NCBI RefSeq assembly: GCF_040938485.1
Contig: NW_027270906.1
Span: forward strand, 2,108,001 to 2,172,000
DNA length: 64,000 nt
Source: Diadema antillarum
Taxonomy: Eukaryota
Reading direction: 5' to 3'
A model generated the notes under the pieces. It ran no database searches. It was not told the origin of the DNA and worked only from the letters and a program-made list of their open reading frames with translations. The position numbers and the translations under genes were made by a program. Below are positions 1-14,105 of the stretch, in pieces. Every line of letters begins with the position of its first letter. Position 1 is the first letter of the stretch.

Positions 1-3000
1 AATATGATAAAGTGCAATGCATCGTCATCTTTACCCATGTAAACCCAGAGGCTCTACGTCACTTGTTTTAAACTGTACACACATGAAGCCATACCTACTG
101 TACAACATAGGGATATAGTGTGTTGAAATAGACAAGCACGTGATAAAAATGACAAAACCAATGCGTGGCTTGTTCGCTCGAATATGAATATTTGACGAAG
201 TGACATAAAAATACATGTATGACCTTACAGTATTTGTTACTGATTTCCCGCAGATATTATATGTTAAACAGATCGGAGATAATTGCACATGTCAATTCGC
301 TGTGCACTGATGCCAAATCACGCTTTCGTTATTGCGATGTGAGCTAGAGATAGAACGTGGCATTTACAATTCCAGACTCAAAATACGGGTCTTGACTGTT
401 TACGTAGCGATAAGAATAATATCATTGTCCAAATCACACAATAAACATGAATGATATTGCCTTCGTTCTTTCCCTCCGTTTGCAAGGTCTCTGTTATCAC
501 TGGCTACGATCGCGCAAACCCCATCTTACAGACTTGAGCCCAATCAACTATCTATTCTAAAGGTTTCTAAACGTTTTTTCGGCAATTAATCGAAACAAGA
601 ATCAACATTGAATTTGAATGGGAAAGAAAGATGTGTGTGCGTGTGTGTGTTCGTGCTTTGTGTTTGTGTGTTGTTTGTGTTGTGTATTTTTTGGGGGGAT
701 GTGGGTGGGGGGGGGGGGATGATGGTAAATTATTGAACCACCTGAAGCACGCATATACGTTGAAACGCCGTATCCATGATGATAATGAACCGGTGTCATC
801 GGAGCAAATTACCTTATTGCTCCATCGGAAGGAGCGTCCTTGCCTCTAAAGTTGCGGGCAACATTTCCAATATCCGGAAAGTTGAGATCGTTGCGGTGGG
901 GAGCGGATGGTACAGCTAATGAAAGTCATGCGAGCTCGTACAATCGACGGCACTCTAATACCGAACCAGCTCGGGCAGCTAGAATGTCATGGACGCTGAA
1001 AAAAGAAGAAGCGAAAAACAAATGTTATTAACACACTGCCTTGTCTCGTCATATCACATGTAATGGACCGTGAAACAATACAATAGAAATGTACCCCTTA
1101 AAAGCTATGCCATAACCCCGCAGAGCATTTTTTTTCTTTAGTCATTTGATATAATATGCCGCGCTACTTTCGCAAAACGAACGCCGACGCCACTCAGTGC
1201 CGTGCTTCGATCAAACAATAGATCTTTCTGTCCGCTGCTCTTCGTAGCTGAACGCCTCAGAAAAAAAATCACGTGTTACTTTTGTTGTTCCTTGTGTAAA
1301 TCTTTATCAGGTTTGATGTGTACTAAAACAAAAAGGCTCCCAAAATAATGCATTTGCTGTATCCCTGCGGCAAGCATGTATTTCAGTTTGATGGGTAGGC
1401 CTACTGGAAAGATCATGCATTTGCTATGCCTCTTTAGCCGTTCAGTAGTATTGTCAATGCTGGATTTGTGCCATTGACTTATTCCTTCAAATTTGAATAT
1501 TATTATGTTACCACTGGTTACTAGTATGCGAACAAAAACAATTACAAACACTACAGTACTTGTCGAAAGTTTTAATGAACACTGACATATCAAGTATGAC
1601 CGACGTCCATGCAATAATTATAATCATGAGCACACACTGAAAAAGTAATGCTTTTCTCTGATATGCAGCTAGAGTAGGCGCTAGTGTGATTTCTGTTCTC
1701 TTGAAATCTTCTGTTTCTTTTTTCCCTTTAAATTCGCTACCAAATGTCAAGCTCGTCAGCTTTGCTGTATAAAGCTGGAAATCATGAAAATGCATGGATC
1801 GTGTCGTGAATTTGTCACACCGAAGCAGAAAGTGAGAGAGACAGGGGGAGGGGATCAAGACACATCAAACAGACAAGTAGAGACAGAAAGAGACGGAATG
1901 GAGGCGATGGAAAAGGGATGAAGATATAAAAGGGGTTCTTAATGAAAAGCATGGGGGAGGTTTCATTATTTATCGACGCTGGTCATTTACTTCTCCTTCA
2001 GGGTTAACATCTTGTTTTGGTTTAATGACTGCGGTTTCTGGTTGGTATAGGCAAAATCAACCCCCCCCCCCCCCCACCCGTTCCACTAGTTTAAGTGATA
2101 TGGAGAAGAACCATTATTATACGCTTATATGCAATGCAAGTGTGTTCAGTTTCTAAGATAAACACTTGTCACATCACACCAGAAAAAAATAAGTGTGGTG
2201 TTTTTTTTTCATTACTAACCTAATTAAATATCCTGGCCTAATTACAAGTGATGAGACGCATTATCATACACTAATGTGGGCCTACACAACGCGAGTGTGT
2301 CCAGTTTGAACGATAAACACACGCACATCACACACACACACACAAATGTTGTTTTCTGACCCATCAATAATAACCCGCTTATTGTCAGGTCTTAACAGTA
2401 TAAGAGTAATACTTCGAAAACGTATATGTCACATGTGCTTCCCTTGAAGCATTGGGTGAAATGCAAGCCTGTCTGTTGATGTTGGTGTTCTACTTTATGA
2501 GCGTGGTCCGTGTCAATTTTCTATAGTCTCCTGTTTAACGATGTTCTCTAAATCCTCGCGGTGCCACGTCTAATAATGTCTTTGTCTATCTTTATTCCTC
2601 TCTATTAACATCTGCATCATTCTGTGCCTTCTCCTTTCTCACTCTCTGTCCATCTAGGGAATACTTAGTACCTCTCTATCTACCTGTCTACGCCTCTTCT
2701 GCTCTTTTTTTTATTCTTTCTTTTTGTGCACGTAAAATTTCATAGTTTTTCTCTTCGAATTCTTCTGATGGTCGATAATGGTACTGGTTAGTATTAAAAA
2801 TATAGTTATAGAATAAAATGTGGCTTTTTCTGTTTCTACTTGACACTTTTCTGATAACCTCTCTTGCTATTTTGTGTCACTGTTGGTAACACTGATAAGC
2901 TTCAGAGAAAGGAAATCCCCAAATTAAACACAATGGAACCTGATGATAAGCAAACTTACACATCTATACATACATGTGGACACTGCTACGATAGTTCTGC

Positions 3001-3413
3001 AATATTCTCGAAAAGTAATAAGAAACATAACTTGCTTTGAATAGTGCTTTAGAAAATTTGTAATTAACGTCATAGAAACTACAATAATCTCTGCCTAACA
3101 TAAGGTTAGAAGCAATCTGGTGGAGGATTAACTCGCGTAACAGACCGCATGAAAGGCATTCAAGGATTGGATATTAATGACCACGTATGTAGCATAGGGT
3201 AATGCGGAAAGGGTACATAACGGTATACGACCATGGAACATAATACATGAAGGTTGACATGGATGAGTATTATCGTTACAATTCATGACATTTGGTCGCT
3301 AATGTGACAAGGTCACATTCGTAGAGGTCGAATTATATGAGTGAGACTGCAAACTAGAACGAGTGTTTAATTACATATGTTTAAATGCCGAGTTTCACTA
3401 TCGTTTGCGTGCA

Positions 3414-3587
3414 NNNNNNNNNNNNNNNNNNNNNNNNNNNNNNNNNNNNNNNNNNNNNNNNNNNNNNNNNNNNNNNNNNNNNNNNNNNNNNNNNNNNNNN
3501 NNNNNNNNNNNNNNNNNNNNNNNNNNNNNNNNNNNNNNNNNNNNNNNNNNNNNNNNNNNNNNNNNNNNNNNNNNNNNNNNNNNNNNN
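3414..3587. other. Assembly gap (174 N)
   Basis: N run. Confidence 1.
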
Positions 3588-3839
3588 CATTTATCTCTGT
3601 ATGTTTGTCTCCGTCCCGTTCATCTCTCCTCCTCTTATGTTTTCTGTCTCTGCCTCTCTCCCCTCTCTCTCGCAAGTTTCTGGATAAATCTCTCTCTTGA
3701 TCTCATGCTCTCTCATGAAATCTCTCCCTCTGACCCTTCCCTCCCCCGTTCCCTCCCTTTTCTCCCGCTCTTCCCTCTCTCTCTCTTCTTTTGCATCCTT
3801 CAGACTCAGCCAAGTCATTGCGAATGCATACTAGTATTC

Positions 3840-3889
<50 letters not shown>

Positions 3890-4009
3890 GCGTGCACGTG
3901 TGTGTGCTTAGATTCTCTTCAACCAAAACATGGTCCGCCTTTGAGGTTTCTTGTTCGGACACCGTGAAAATTGAGCATCTCGAACCCCGTCTTGCCTTAC
4001 TCGCCGCAG

Positions 4010-4127
4010 GTCATCCACGTCTAATTCGAGCTGCTCAGTCGAGGATCACTGCATAGAGAGTCTCCTCCGTCGTTGCCATGGCTACACCTTAACGCATCAG
4101 CTTCTCTACCTCCTCGTTGGAGCAAAG
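4010..4127 (+). CDS. C16orf89: UPF0764/C16orf89-like protein, internal exon (first one identified)
   Basis: Acceptor ccttactcgccgcag|G, donor AAG|gtgaga; phase 2 to 0. Reads SSTSNSSCSVEDHCIESLLRRCHGYTLTHQLLYLLVGAK, matching the recalled C16orf89 motif C..SGYCLSHQLLF. Confidence 0.85.
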
Positions 4128-4702
4128 GTGAGAGTGCGGAATTGAACGGGTAAAAACCGAGTAAAACTGACTGGGTGTGGTGAAACGCCTTGTCATCATT
4201 GTATCGCTTGGTGATTGAAATATAGCTATCTGTATGTCTATCCAGTCATCTACCTATCAATCAATCTATCCATCAATTAATCGTCTATCTATCTTTCTAT
4301 CTTTCCATCTATCTATCGTCTATACATACCTTTCTATATATCTGTCTGTCTATCTATATTCCTATCTATCAATTTTTCTCCATTCCGATACAACAGTTCT
4401 CCCTGTAATATGAACTACCTATCTGCCTGATGGTTTTTTGCTTGTTTTCGTGATGCTCTACGTGTTATTAGGGTGTTATACAACTATAGGAAAAACAAAA
4501 TGTGGGCAAAAGAGAAAGATAAAATATAATGAACATCTGGTTTGATGAAAAGGAAATATGCAAACATTCATTACGTTCAAATACAAATTACGTCATAGCG
4601 ATGGAGGAAAAAATCATCCTTTTCGAATCAATGCAAGTCACCAATGAGTGTACAGATCATTCGGAGAGTCTTTTCGCAAGAACTGTTTTTTATCCTATTT
4701 AA

Positions 4703-4703
4703 T

Positions 4704-4766
<63 letters not shown>

Positions 4767-4785
4767 CACACGCACACACACACAA
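4703..4785. repeat. (CA)n microsatellite (others at 3840-3905, 16207-16233, 18991-19046, 61997-62035)
   Basis: Direct reading. Confidence 0.95.
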
Positions 4786-5478
4786 ACCTGTATCCGACAT
4801 ACAGGTAACCTCCGTATTATTTTGTACTTGCACAATCATGTCCTATAGGACAAATGAACTTCACTCTTTCATTCATTAGTGTAATACTTAAGTATTCTTT
4901 TTTCAGACACTTGTTTTGCAAGAAATGTCAAAATCACATGACCAAATATGTGACTTGTGCCCTCATCAGGATGGTGACTAAAAAGAAAAGTTACTCATTA
5001 GTCAAACTTTACCTTTACATCCAATCTAACTTGCTTTTTAATTGTTCTTCTGCCTGTATCACATTTCCAGAGGTATGTATATTTTTGTTCAGTTTAAACT
5101 GAAACGTCTCTTTTGTTTTATTGTTCAAGTGAATAGAAAACTTGAGAAATGCCCTTGATGGTTTGAGAAGAAAACTCCATACCTTAGTTTCATTCTGCAT
5201 CTCGAAACACTCAGAACGTCAACCTTTAACGTGGATGTCTAATGTCTTATAGCGTTAATAGAGTGGTATTATTCTGGAACCTCCAGCTCTAGTGGACAAT
5301 AATCATGTGTTGCAATAACCTGACTTTCTCACGGAAAAATAAACTACCAAACAAACACCATAGAAAAGGGGGAACATGGTGCTTCGCTGCTCCCCTTATA
5401 GTTCCTTTGCGCCTCCAAGATCGCACGAGAAAACACGATAAGAGATTAGCATCCCCTGGGAGGAGGGAGTTTCAATAG

Positions 5479-5492
5479 GTTACCATGGCGAC
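5479..5492. promoter_or_regulatory. RFX X-box consensus match (intronic)
   Basis: GTTACCATGGCGAC; the reverse complement GTCGCCATGGTAAC fits GTYRCCATGGYAAC. Function not shown. Confidence 0.4.
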
Positions 5493-6143
5493 CGCTGGGT
5501 ATTTGACGCTTAATTTTCCCTGAAACCGACTCTCCTGACAAAGGCAGTCCTCAAGTAAAGCTGATTAGCGAGGTTTTATCGTTCTCTCTCAGCTTCTATA
5601 GAATATTCATTTTGTGTAATAACTGTTATGATGAAGTTGATTTGTTGAAATAAAAATATTGCTATTTCCCAGCATTGTATATTAAGTTATTATACGCAAC
5701 CTTGAGAGCGTGTACTTTCTGTCTCTTTCCTGTTGATGCGAAATGTTTTTCACCAATTTCGTGACATCATCTAACTTTCCATACCATTTTTAAACTACAT
5801 CTGCTCATCTGCTATTTGCACACCAGCCACTATGATATCTAAGCATCACGCTCGCGTCTGTCACGACTAAGATTATACCTACTTGAAGTCCATGTGTTCT
5901 ACTGAAACACAGACGTAGAGTATGATTTCATATAACTCGTCTTTTGCTACAACCGTTGGTACTATCGCTTTCACTCGTAATGTTAACCATGTTTTGATCA
6001 TCTTAATGTCTATGTATTCGAGGGCTCTCAACTGTCGCTACTTTTGCAAGTTTTGATCTCATTACTGCTTTATATACTTCGATCATAGGTATCACTGACG
6101 CAAATCATTAATGCTGCCAATAATTCTGCGACTTTTAGTATTA

Positions 6144-6416
6144 NNNNNNNNNNNNNNNNNNNNNNNNNNNNNNNNNNNNNNNNNNNNNNNNNNNNNNNNN
6201 NNNNNNNNNNNNNNNNNNNNNNNNNNNNNNNNNNNNNNNNNNNNNNNNNNNNNNNNNNNNNNNNNNNNNNNNNNNNNNNNNNNNNNNNNNNNNNNNNNNN
6301 NNNNNNNNNNNNNNNNNNNNNNNNNNNNNNNNNNNNNNNNNNNNNNNNNNNNNNNNNNNNNNNNNNNNNNNNNNNNNNNNNNNNNNNNNNNNNNNNNNNN
6401 NNNNNNNNNNNNNNNN
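6144..6416. other. Assembly gap (273 N)
   Basis: N run. Confidence 1.
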
Positions 6417-6417
6417 T

Positions 6418-6481
6418 GACTACTACTACTATACTACTACTACTACTACTACTACCTACTACTACTACTACTACTACTATG

Positions 6482-6520
<39 letters not shown>

Positions 6521-6530
6521 ACTACTACTA
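6418..6530. repeat. (TAC)n microsatellite at a gap edge
   Basis: Direct reading. Confidence 0.95.
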
Positions 6531-7198
6531 CCAAGACCACCTTTACCACTTCTACTGCTAGGTATACTACTTCTACTGTTTTTTGGCTTTGAGATTTGAA
6601 CTTCGATTTTCAAATTCCAAAGTTTGAATTTCCAACAGCCGATAATTGGGAGTTGTGAAACCTGTAAAGACTCAGAGCTTTTCTTTGTCATTGAATTCAA
6701 AGCTTTACGAACATACCTCGGGAGTCTGCACTATTTTCTTTGTCACTGAATAAAAAAAAACATCAGGCAAGAAGGAAGTAACTCGAAAATGGCAAAAGTT
6801 CGAATTTCAGATTTGTAGTTGAATCGATGCTTTAGGGCAATAGCAATGTTACACTTTTTGATAAAATTGTTAAAGAGTGTATACTGCTCGTAATTTTCAC
6901 AGCAAAAAAAAAAGAAAGAAAGAATAAAATCGGACAATGTAGACGTAACTCGAAAATGGCAGAAGTTCGAGTTCAACTTTCTCACTGAATTGCAGCTTTT
7001 GGGTAATTTGGGTAAAAACTTGAACTCAATGATAGGGCAGCGTCCCGAGATGTCACGGGCTGTACAATCGGTTACTAATCATAATTATAGGCTGCTGGAA
7101 ATTGAACATTTAAATCTGAAACTCGAACCTCGAAACTAGAAGTTTTGTGATCATGCTTTCTTGCATATACATGTATTTACCCCCTTATTTTCATTCAG

Positions 7199-7373
7199 GG
7201 AGGCTGTCAGGGCCAAATGGAGGCGAAAATTGGCGAATTGTCGCCCTCTACTGATAAAGAGACGACAATAGCTTCTCTTACTACACGACTGTGCTCCGAC
7301 ATATACCAAGAATCCTCTCTAATAGCACGCCGAGGTTTCCCGTCAGACAGAAGAGACATTTTCATCGAACAGG
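7199..7373 (+). CDS. C16orf89: UPF0764/C16orf89-like exon
   Basis: ttttcattcag|GGA...CAG G|gtaaaa; 175 nt, phase 0 to 1. Open as GGCQGQ...LCSDIYQESSLIARRGFPSDRRDIFIEQG (cf. CANMM...YPTRDIFMEN). Confidence 0.85.
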
Positions 7374-8097
7374 GTAAAAATTGATAAGATATGCACACCA
7401 CATCCATTCGATGATTAGTTCAAATGATCTGTGACTAATGAGAGAAAATCGAATGATCCAGCCAGTGATGCTTGTTTTTCCGAAGGTTTGGTATTCCGAA
7501 ACATACACTCCGTATACCTTAAATTTTCGTTATTTCCAAAAATGAAATGTACATGTTTACCGAGAATATCAAATTCTTGTAGAGTTATTCGAATTTTCCG
7601 ACAAATGAACCTTCGGAACAGTGAACTGTAACCGTGTTTGTGTGTGTGTGGATGTGTGAGCAAGGGTTAATGTAATCTGCTGTGATGTGTAAGGCTAATA
7701 CCTTCCATTAAAAAAAACAACAAATGAATTCATTCTTGATGCAAAAGAAATGCAAGTATTGATATTCATTCCTTTTACAAGAAAAATAATCAAATAAACA
7801 AGAACCTTCATTTTACTTTACGATTACTTGACGATAAATCTACTTGACCCCGCCTATTCATAAGCCTATCAATGATTTAGACCCTGTAGGCCTAATACCT
7901 GGAAATGAGGTTAAAACATTAATATCATCAGAACGGTCACATCCTCACAAGGTTTATATGATTTCTTTTTGTTTTGTTTTGTTTGAGAGGGAGCAAAGAT
8001 TGTAGCAGAAAAAGTGATAGGCCTATCTTTAAAATGCATCAAGAGTTCATTTGGTTCTTGACTGATTAGCTGTCTGGTTGGTTTGGATTTGATACAG

Positions 8098-8235
8098 GGG
8101 TGTTGTGCGGAATGTTGGGCTACTCCGACTTCTTCAACCTAGATTGGCTGGGCGTGGTGCTGAGCTGGGAGAGGGGTGACGGTTGCTTCCCCGCTGATCC
8201 TGGCTACATGGCCAGACACAAGATTAACAACCCAG
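8098..8235 (+). CDS. C16orf89: UPF0764/C16orf89-like exon
   Basis: gatacag|GG...CCA G|gtaag; 138 nt, phase 1 to 1. VLCGMLGYSDFFNLDWLGVVLSWERGDGCF matches recalled FCGMGGFSDFYKLRWLEAILSWQ..EGCF. Confidence 0.9.
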
Positions 8236-8908
8236 GTAAGATTCAATCACAAGATACGTCTTCTATCAACAAATCAACTGATCAATGTCTATGCCATTGC
8301 AGGGTATCACATAATCCATCTGGTATGTAGGCCTATACGTTTTCTAGAAGAAGAGTTTCATAGCAAAACGGGTTATAAGCGCTATTTTTAAGCGCAATCT
8401 TTAAGTTCCAGTTTTTAAGCGTCAATTTTCCATCAAGACTTAAAGTAAGTCTATCACCAAAACAAAGATACCTTACAAAGATACCCTTGCAAATACATGT
8501 TGCATGAAAAGGAACATTCTTGGAGTTGTGATTGAAAATATCCCCTGTTTCATTATTTTCTTTGTTTTATCACGTTTAATCGCAAATATCTCATATTTAT
8601 AAGAATACAGTTAACGGATCGTTTTGCGACAAATATCAATCTCTTCATTGTATGATCATTTATGATAATCTGAACAGATAGGGCTTAATCATGTGTGTAC
8701 ATTTACCTTCGCGTTGACAATAACATCATATACTATAGTACGTAGTTTGAATACATGTAAGATATAAAGGTGTTGATATGTCTAATCCATGACTGTTCAG
8801 AGATAACCATTTTAGATGGATGGGTGACCGAAAGACATGAGTTTTACAAGGGCCGAGGATGTTTTCATGTCTTTTCATATCATTTCTATTTTATCATCAT
8901 TTTGTCAG

Positions 8909-8962
8909 GGGCAAGTACTTCAGGGAATCACCGTCAAAAGAGGAAAGAGTCCATATTACAAG
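8909..8962 (+). CDS. C16orf89: UPF0764/C16orf89-like exon (54 nt, basic RQKR motif)
   Basis: tttgtcag|GG...CAA G|gtaacc; phase 1 to 1; GASTSGNHRQKRKESILQG (cf. SRRVKRREK). Confidence 0.8.
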
Positions 8963-10172
8963 GTAACCTTTGATCTCCAACTATCATCATAGAAACACTA
9001 TTTCATACTATGAATAAATATACAGCATATGACGTTGTGCTATCATATAGCAACAATAGGGCACAATGGGGATGGGAAGTATGGTTGCTCTCTCTCTCTA
9101 AAAAAAAATGATAACCAAATCAAAAGACAAAAATCAACGTAAAGCCTTGCTCACTCAAACTTGACATGGCATGCATGGGGAGGTGTGCTGATGTCATTAC
9201 TGTACAAGTTTCCCATCGACCGTCAGCTGTTCATAAGTCTTCACCAACAAATGTCATCTCTGCATTAAATTATTGTGTTCTTGTGACAAAACCTAACATT
9301 GCAGACTTGTTATGGTATTAAGGGCTGAATTATCACCCTAAAGCATGATATTATTATCTAATCATACTTGAGCGTTCAAATAATGTTCAGTGTGAAATGA
9401 TACGTAATCTAATAACTATCGGAAATATCATAAGTTTTTTTTTAATTGGATGAGTATAGGGAATGCCAATGTGTGTAAATGATGGAAATAAATAAACTAT
9501 TGAACTATTTAAAAAAAACGGGAATGAAACCCAAGTATACGTGTGAATAGATTGAATGCAGTAATATCGGAAAAACTCATCGGTGAAGTTCGATGAAAAT
9601 GGGACGATCCAATGAAAAGTAATGAATATCTAAAGTTCCGGTGCAGCCATTGCTGGATGAGAAGACTACTATAGTTCGTGAGGTCACGTATAGACAGCGA
9701 TATAAAAAGAAATCAATGAAGAGAATTCCATTTTTTTTTTGGGGGGGGAGAGAGGAGGGGGTGCACTTCGCCTCGGCTTTGTTACTGAGATAATCTCAAG
9801 GGTACGCATTATTCCCCCTGCTTTCTGAAAGAGGTGAGTGAAGTGTTTTTCATTATGCAAGAGAAGCGAAAATAAAAGTGAAAATATGTTGATTCCTGTT
9901 TTTACTTTTGTTTATCCATAGCACTGTCCACACATGACGTCACAAAGTGTTGCTTAGTCTTCTCACCCAGCGATGGCTTACTAGAACTTTAACAATTCAT
10001 AACTTTTGAGAGGATTGTTCGATTTTCCTCAAATTTCGCTGATGATCAATGATGATGTGTAACTGTAATTGCTGCATTCCCTTGATTTACATTTATATCA
10101 ATTGAATTCCATTCTCTTTTAATACTACAAACAAAGTTTATAACATTCCTTCTCCCAAACCCTCATTCGCAG

Positions 10173-10258
10173 GTTATTGTAGTTCTCATACCATGGGCGT
10201 GGCGATTTCGTACTTCGGCGTCTACGTTCACCACCTGCTTCTTCTGGCAAATGTGTAG
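10173..10258 (+). CDS. C16orf89: UPF0764/C16orf89-like terminal coding exon
   Basis: cctcattcgcag|GT TAT TGT AGT TCT CAT ACC...GTG TAG; GYCSSHTMGVAISYFGVYVHHLLLLANV* (cf. GCSSHNTATAVAALGG). Confidence 0.85.
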
Positions 10259-13200
10259 TTTGGAATCAAAGACGAAAGGATAAAGTGCAAGAAAGGGACT
10301 GTACGAGAAGACCAACATGACATTCTTATTATCTCTCAGTGTTTACAAAGATGCACAACCTTTATTCTTATCCTAACAAGAGACAGCAGTATAGAGACAC
10401 AAGATGAAAAGATGAAGTGCATGAAATAGGAGAGATGACCAACAGAACATAGTTTTCATGCACCTTTCAGTTGTTCACAAAGATGCACAAAATGTTATTC
10501 TTATTCAAAGAAGAGACACCAGCGCACACCTCGCGCCAAGTGGATTGGACCAGTGTGGCACATTTTACGGAAAAGAAACGATAATCCATTCTGCATAACT
10601 TTGCATGAATTTCTATTTTTTAAGTTTCTCCAGAACATAAAATTGATAAACAACTGTTGATATTGCCTTGTGAGAAAACCGAATCAATTTTGATACACGA
10701 CAAAGTTGACTTTTGTTGATGCTTACTGTTAAATTTAAGTCCATAGGAGAAGACTGCACACGTTTAGCTGATATCAGAATGATGCGAACTACAGCAAAAT
10801 TGTTGAGACTTGGTGACATTATTATGTCATTATCTGAATATGATAATGAATAAGGCTTTAAGATTAACTATTTATATATCATGTGCATAACATGGATGCG
10901 ATTACGTGTAGGGTCATGAAGCAATTGTAAATATCAAGTAAGAATTAATCTCACATCAGCATCTGGGAATCTACACCCTACAAGCAATGATTCTATGTAT
11001 ACTACTCATATGTCACATGTTTAATTGTCTTAAATGCTGTATTTGACAATTCATCCATGCTTTTGTATTGTTATGTTTATGGTTTATTTATTTGTTGAAA
11101 TGTGGAATATGGAACAATACAAAAAAAGCACTCCTCGTTTATTTAATTCGACAGAAGGTGCACCCACGTGCACTTGATAATGACTCCCGTTAAGGACTTA
11201 AAGATGAATTATATTTTGAATGAGAGTCATGGTAAAACCCAGAAATATATCAAAGTATGTGGATATTCGTGATGAAAGAAGTGTGTAATGTCAAGAGGCT
11301 GTAGAAGAATATGACGATGTTTCGTTTTGTATGCTGGTCAAAAATACGCAAGAATATCACTTTTGCGCAATGCGTGTCTTATGGTATAGATAACTAAGCA
11401 TATATTACTTTGAAACCAGTCTATGAATAGCGTCTGTCTTGATGATATAAAGATATCGCTTATTCTAAAATTGTACTCGAGTACATATTGGTATTATGTG
11501 TTCTTATTATTTTATACGTGATGTGTGCGACTGTACAATATACGATAAGATACAACAAGATACGAGAACATTTTGAAAAGAACTGAGAAGAGAACGCTTT
11601 AAATGCTCCATTCGGTACTGGATACAACACATCGCCCTTTCTGAAAGCCGGGTATTTCCTATAAACAGAATCGTGTTTCATGCTCATTAACGCGTAGAAG
11701 AACTGTGTAAAAGAGCCCTATGTTGACACTCAGTTTAGATCTTTGTGTATAACGTTGGAATCTTATACACCTAGAGACACCAGTTTTATCCCGCAGGATA
11801 TCTTGAATATGTAATGTAGCCCCATGCATGAGATATACCATTGAGGGCGAGAGGACCTGAAAGTCAGGTTTATCGCTATAGATCAACGGTTTCCTTCCGT
11901 CTACACCGTCTACACGACCATTAAAATGACTTCTGCAGTCCACACAGTTGACACCAAAACACTTTCACGAATAATGTCACAGATGCTCACGATGAGTCAG
12001 AAGTTTGAAATGTTATTTAATGACAAAATATGATACAATATCGATCGTCAAAAGCAATTTTTTGTTGATGGATTATGAAATAAGAAAGTTTTGCTTATCG
12101 TTGCTTTATAGACAACCTCAGAGTGTCGTATTATGTTTATAGGCATTTTCAAAGGTCATTTGCCATTTCATGGGAAATTATCTATGATATTAATACCTGA
12201 ATCTTTAATACACAGTGACACAGCAAGATATGGTTTCAACAAACTAAGCTAACGATGCGATGATATAAGTCCGTATGAACATAATTATAATGATACCTAT
12301 AAGTTTTGTACATTCCCCCTCCACCTCCAACAAATGACAAACATAACATACTATCCATGCTATCCGAGAGCAAAAGTTATTGACCTCGCCTATAGTGTTA
12401 GTGCTATAGGCTAATAAAATCATCTCTCCCCTTCCCTTTCATTTTCGAGTGTTATAATGCCTATTTGGTGATAAACGTACTTGATTCAGCATGTAGTCAT
12501 TCTAATTATTATGAGCCATTTGTTGAAATGTAATCAAGCAAACAAAAACAAACACAAACTCAACAATATTGAAATACCTTCTTTTTTCATTGTACAAAAG
12601 GTGTTAGGTACATACATAAATGTGTAGTACAGAAGAGATCTGTCTCCCCAGATGATGATGATGATGATGATGATGATAATGAACAGCATAAAATATAGCG
12701 CCATATTTTGTCCGTAAAGAGCATTCAAAGGCACCCGGCTCCCACAATATTTCACACATTATTCACATATAAATATTGCTGGAAAGAGATGGGTCGTTAG
12801 TTCAGATCTTATGGTATAGATTGGTAGGCCCTACAATTCCTAAGCTGGACTGGTAGATCACATTTATGTCCCCCCCCCCCCCAAGTAAACTTTAATGTCA
12901 AGGTTTTTTGATTTTTCTCCTTTTCGCTCAAGAAGTTGATACTCTTCTTTCTGCCAGCCTTTTATATTCTAAACTGAGCTTCATTTTCATCTGCAAGAGA
13001 CTAAAGGTGGGCGTCTGTGGAATTTGCAATACAATGCTAGTACCTAAATAGATGCCCTTGAGGTCACACAGCCTCAACGGCTGTTCGTTTTTAGCTTTTG
13101 TGTTGTCATTCTAACTCTATACGGCATTTACAATGGGTGCACTTCACCCGCTTAGACATGTTAGACGTACGCAATTCAATTTAATTCAATAATAGAGATC

Positions 13201-14105
13201 ACTGCCAAACACTGTATACAGATTTTCATAATATGACCTGCGTTACGAAAAAAAAAAAACGCTGTTGACTAGTAAGTGCCATTATGCTCTACTCTTCTTT
13301 CATTATTTTTTTCAAATATTTATTGTTAACTTCACTAATAAAATTGTTCCGCAATTCTTCCCACATTGTCTACAAACAAACAAACAAACAAACAAACACA
13401 CTCAACAAAACTATACTTACTGGATAGCGATATCAAAATGAATTTACAGCTTCCTATATAGTTTCCGTGATAAGTTGTTGGGGCGCCTAACGGTGTACCT
13501 ATACCATGTATACAATTAAAGCCTACAAAATATTGGCAGCAACGATGCTTTTCCTGACACGTAACAGGGAATAACGCATCAAATTCGAACGGTAATGGCA
13601 AATCTCACAATTAATTACGTTTTCACGCACAACCAGATTTTTGTAATTTTCCTCATGAAAAATGAACTATACTCAGACAACATAACTTGTAATTTCTACG
13701 AGACCGTGCATGACATAATATAGGGACGAATTTTGAAGCTCATGCAAGTACAAGCCTTGTGTTACATTTGCTGTTTTCTTAATCTGAAAGTTTGAATGTA
13801 TAAAAAGGAAGATAACATCTCGCTTGATAGCTTTTAGTATACTGAATTGAGATGCGAATATTGACGTTATATCTTAAAAAGATACCTTCATTTATTCATG
13901 TCAGACATTCTCTATACATGAATAAATCTAGAAACAAGACTTAGAATGTCACTTATAGCGCAGTTGGAAGATATAGACAGGTACTGCTTTTCTTTGCAGA
14001 AGCCATCTACGATGACTTTGTCTCATGCACAATGCAAAAGTTAAACAATAGTTTCCATGGCTACATCCTTCGACGAGATGAGAAAAGGCATCCGCGGGCA
14101 CTAGG

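Noticed and set aside
1-4009. Upstream exons of the C16orf89-like gene (candidates near 487-556 and 3106-3228)
   Set aside because: No frame gave the expected SDxC...LLG segment with a phase-2 donor.
4072-4085. X-box-like GTTGCCATGGCTAC
   Set aside because: It is the coding sequence for C-H-G-Y in the C16orf89-like exon, so protein constraint explains it.
11460-11943. Two overlapping minus-strand ORFs (75 and 94 aa)
   Set aside because: No motif I recognise and no convincing splice chain; a tBLASTx search could reopen this.
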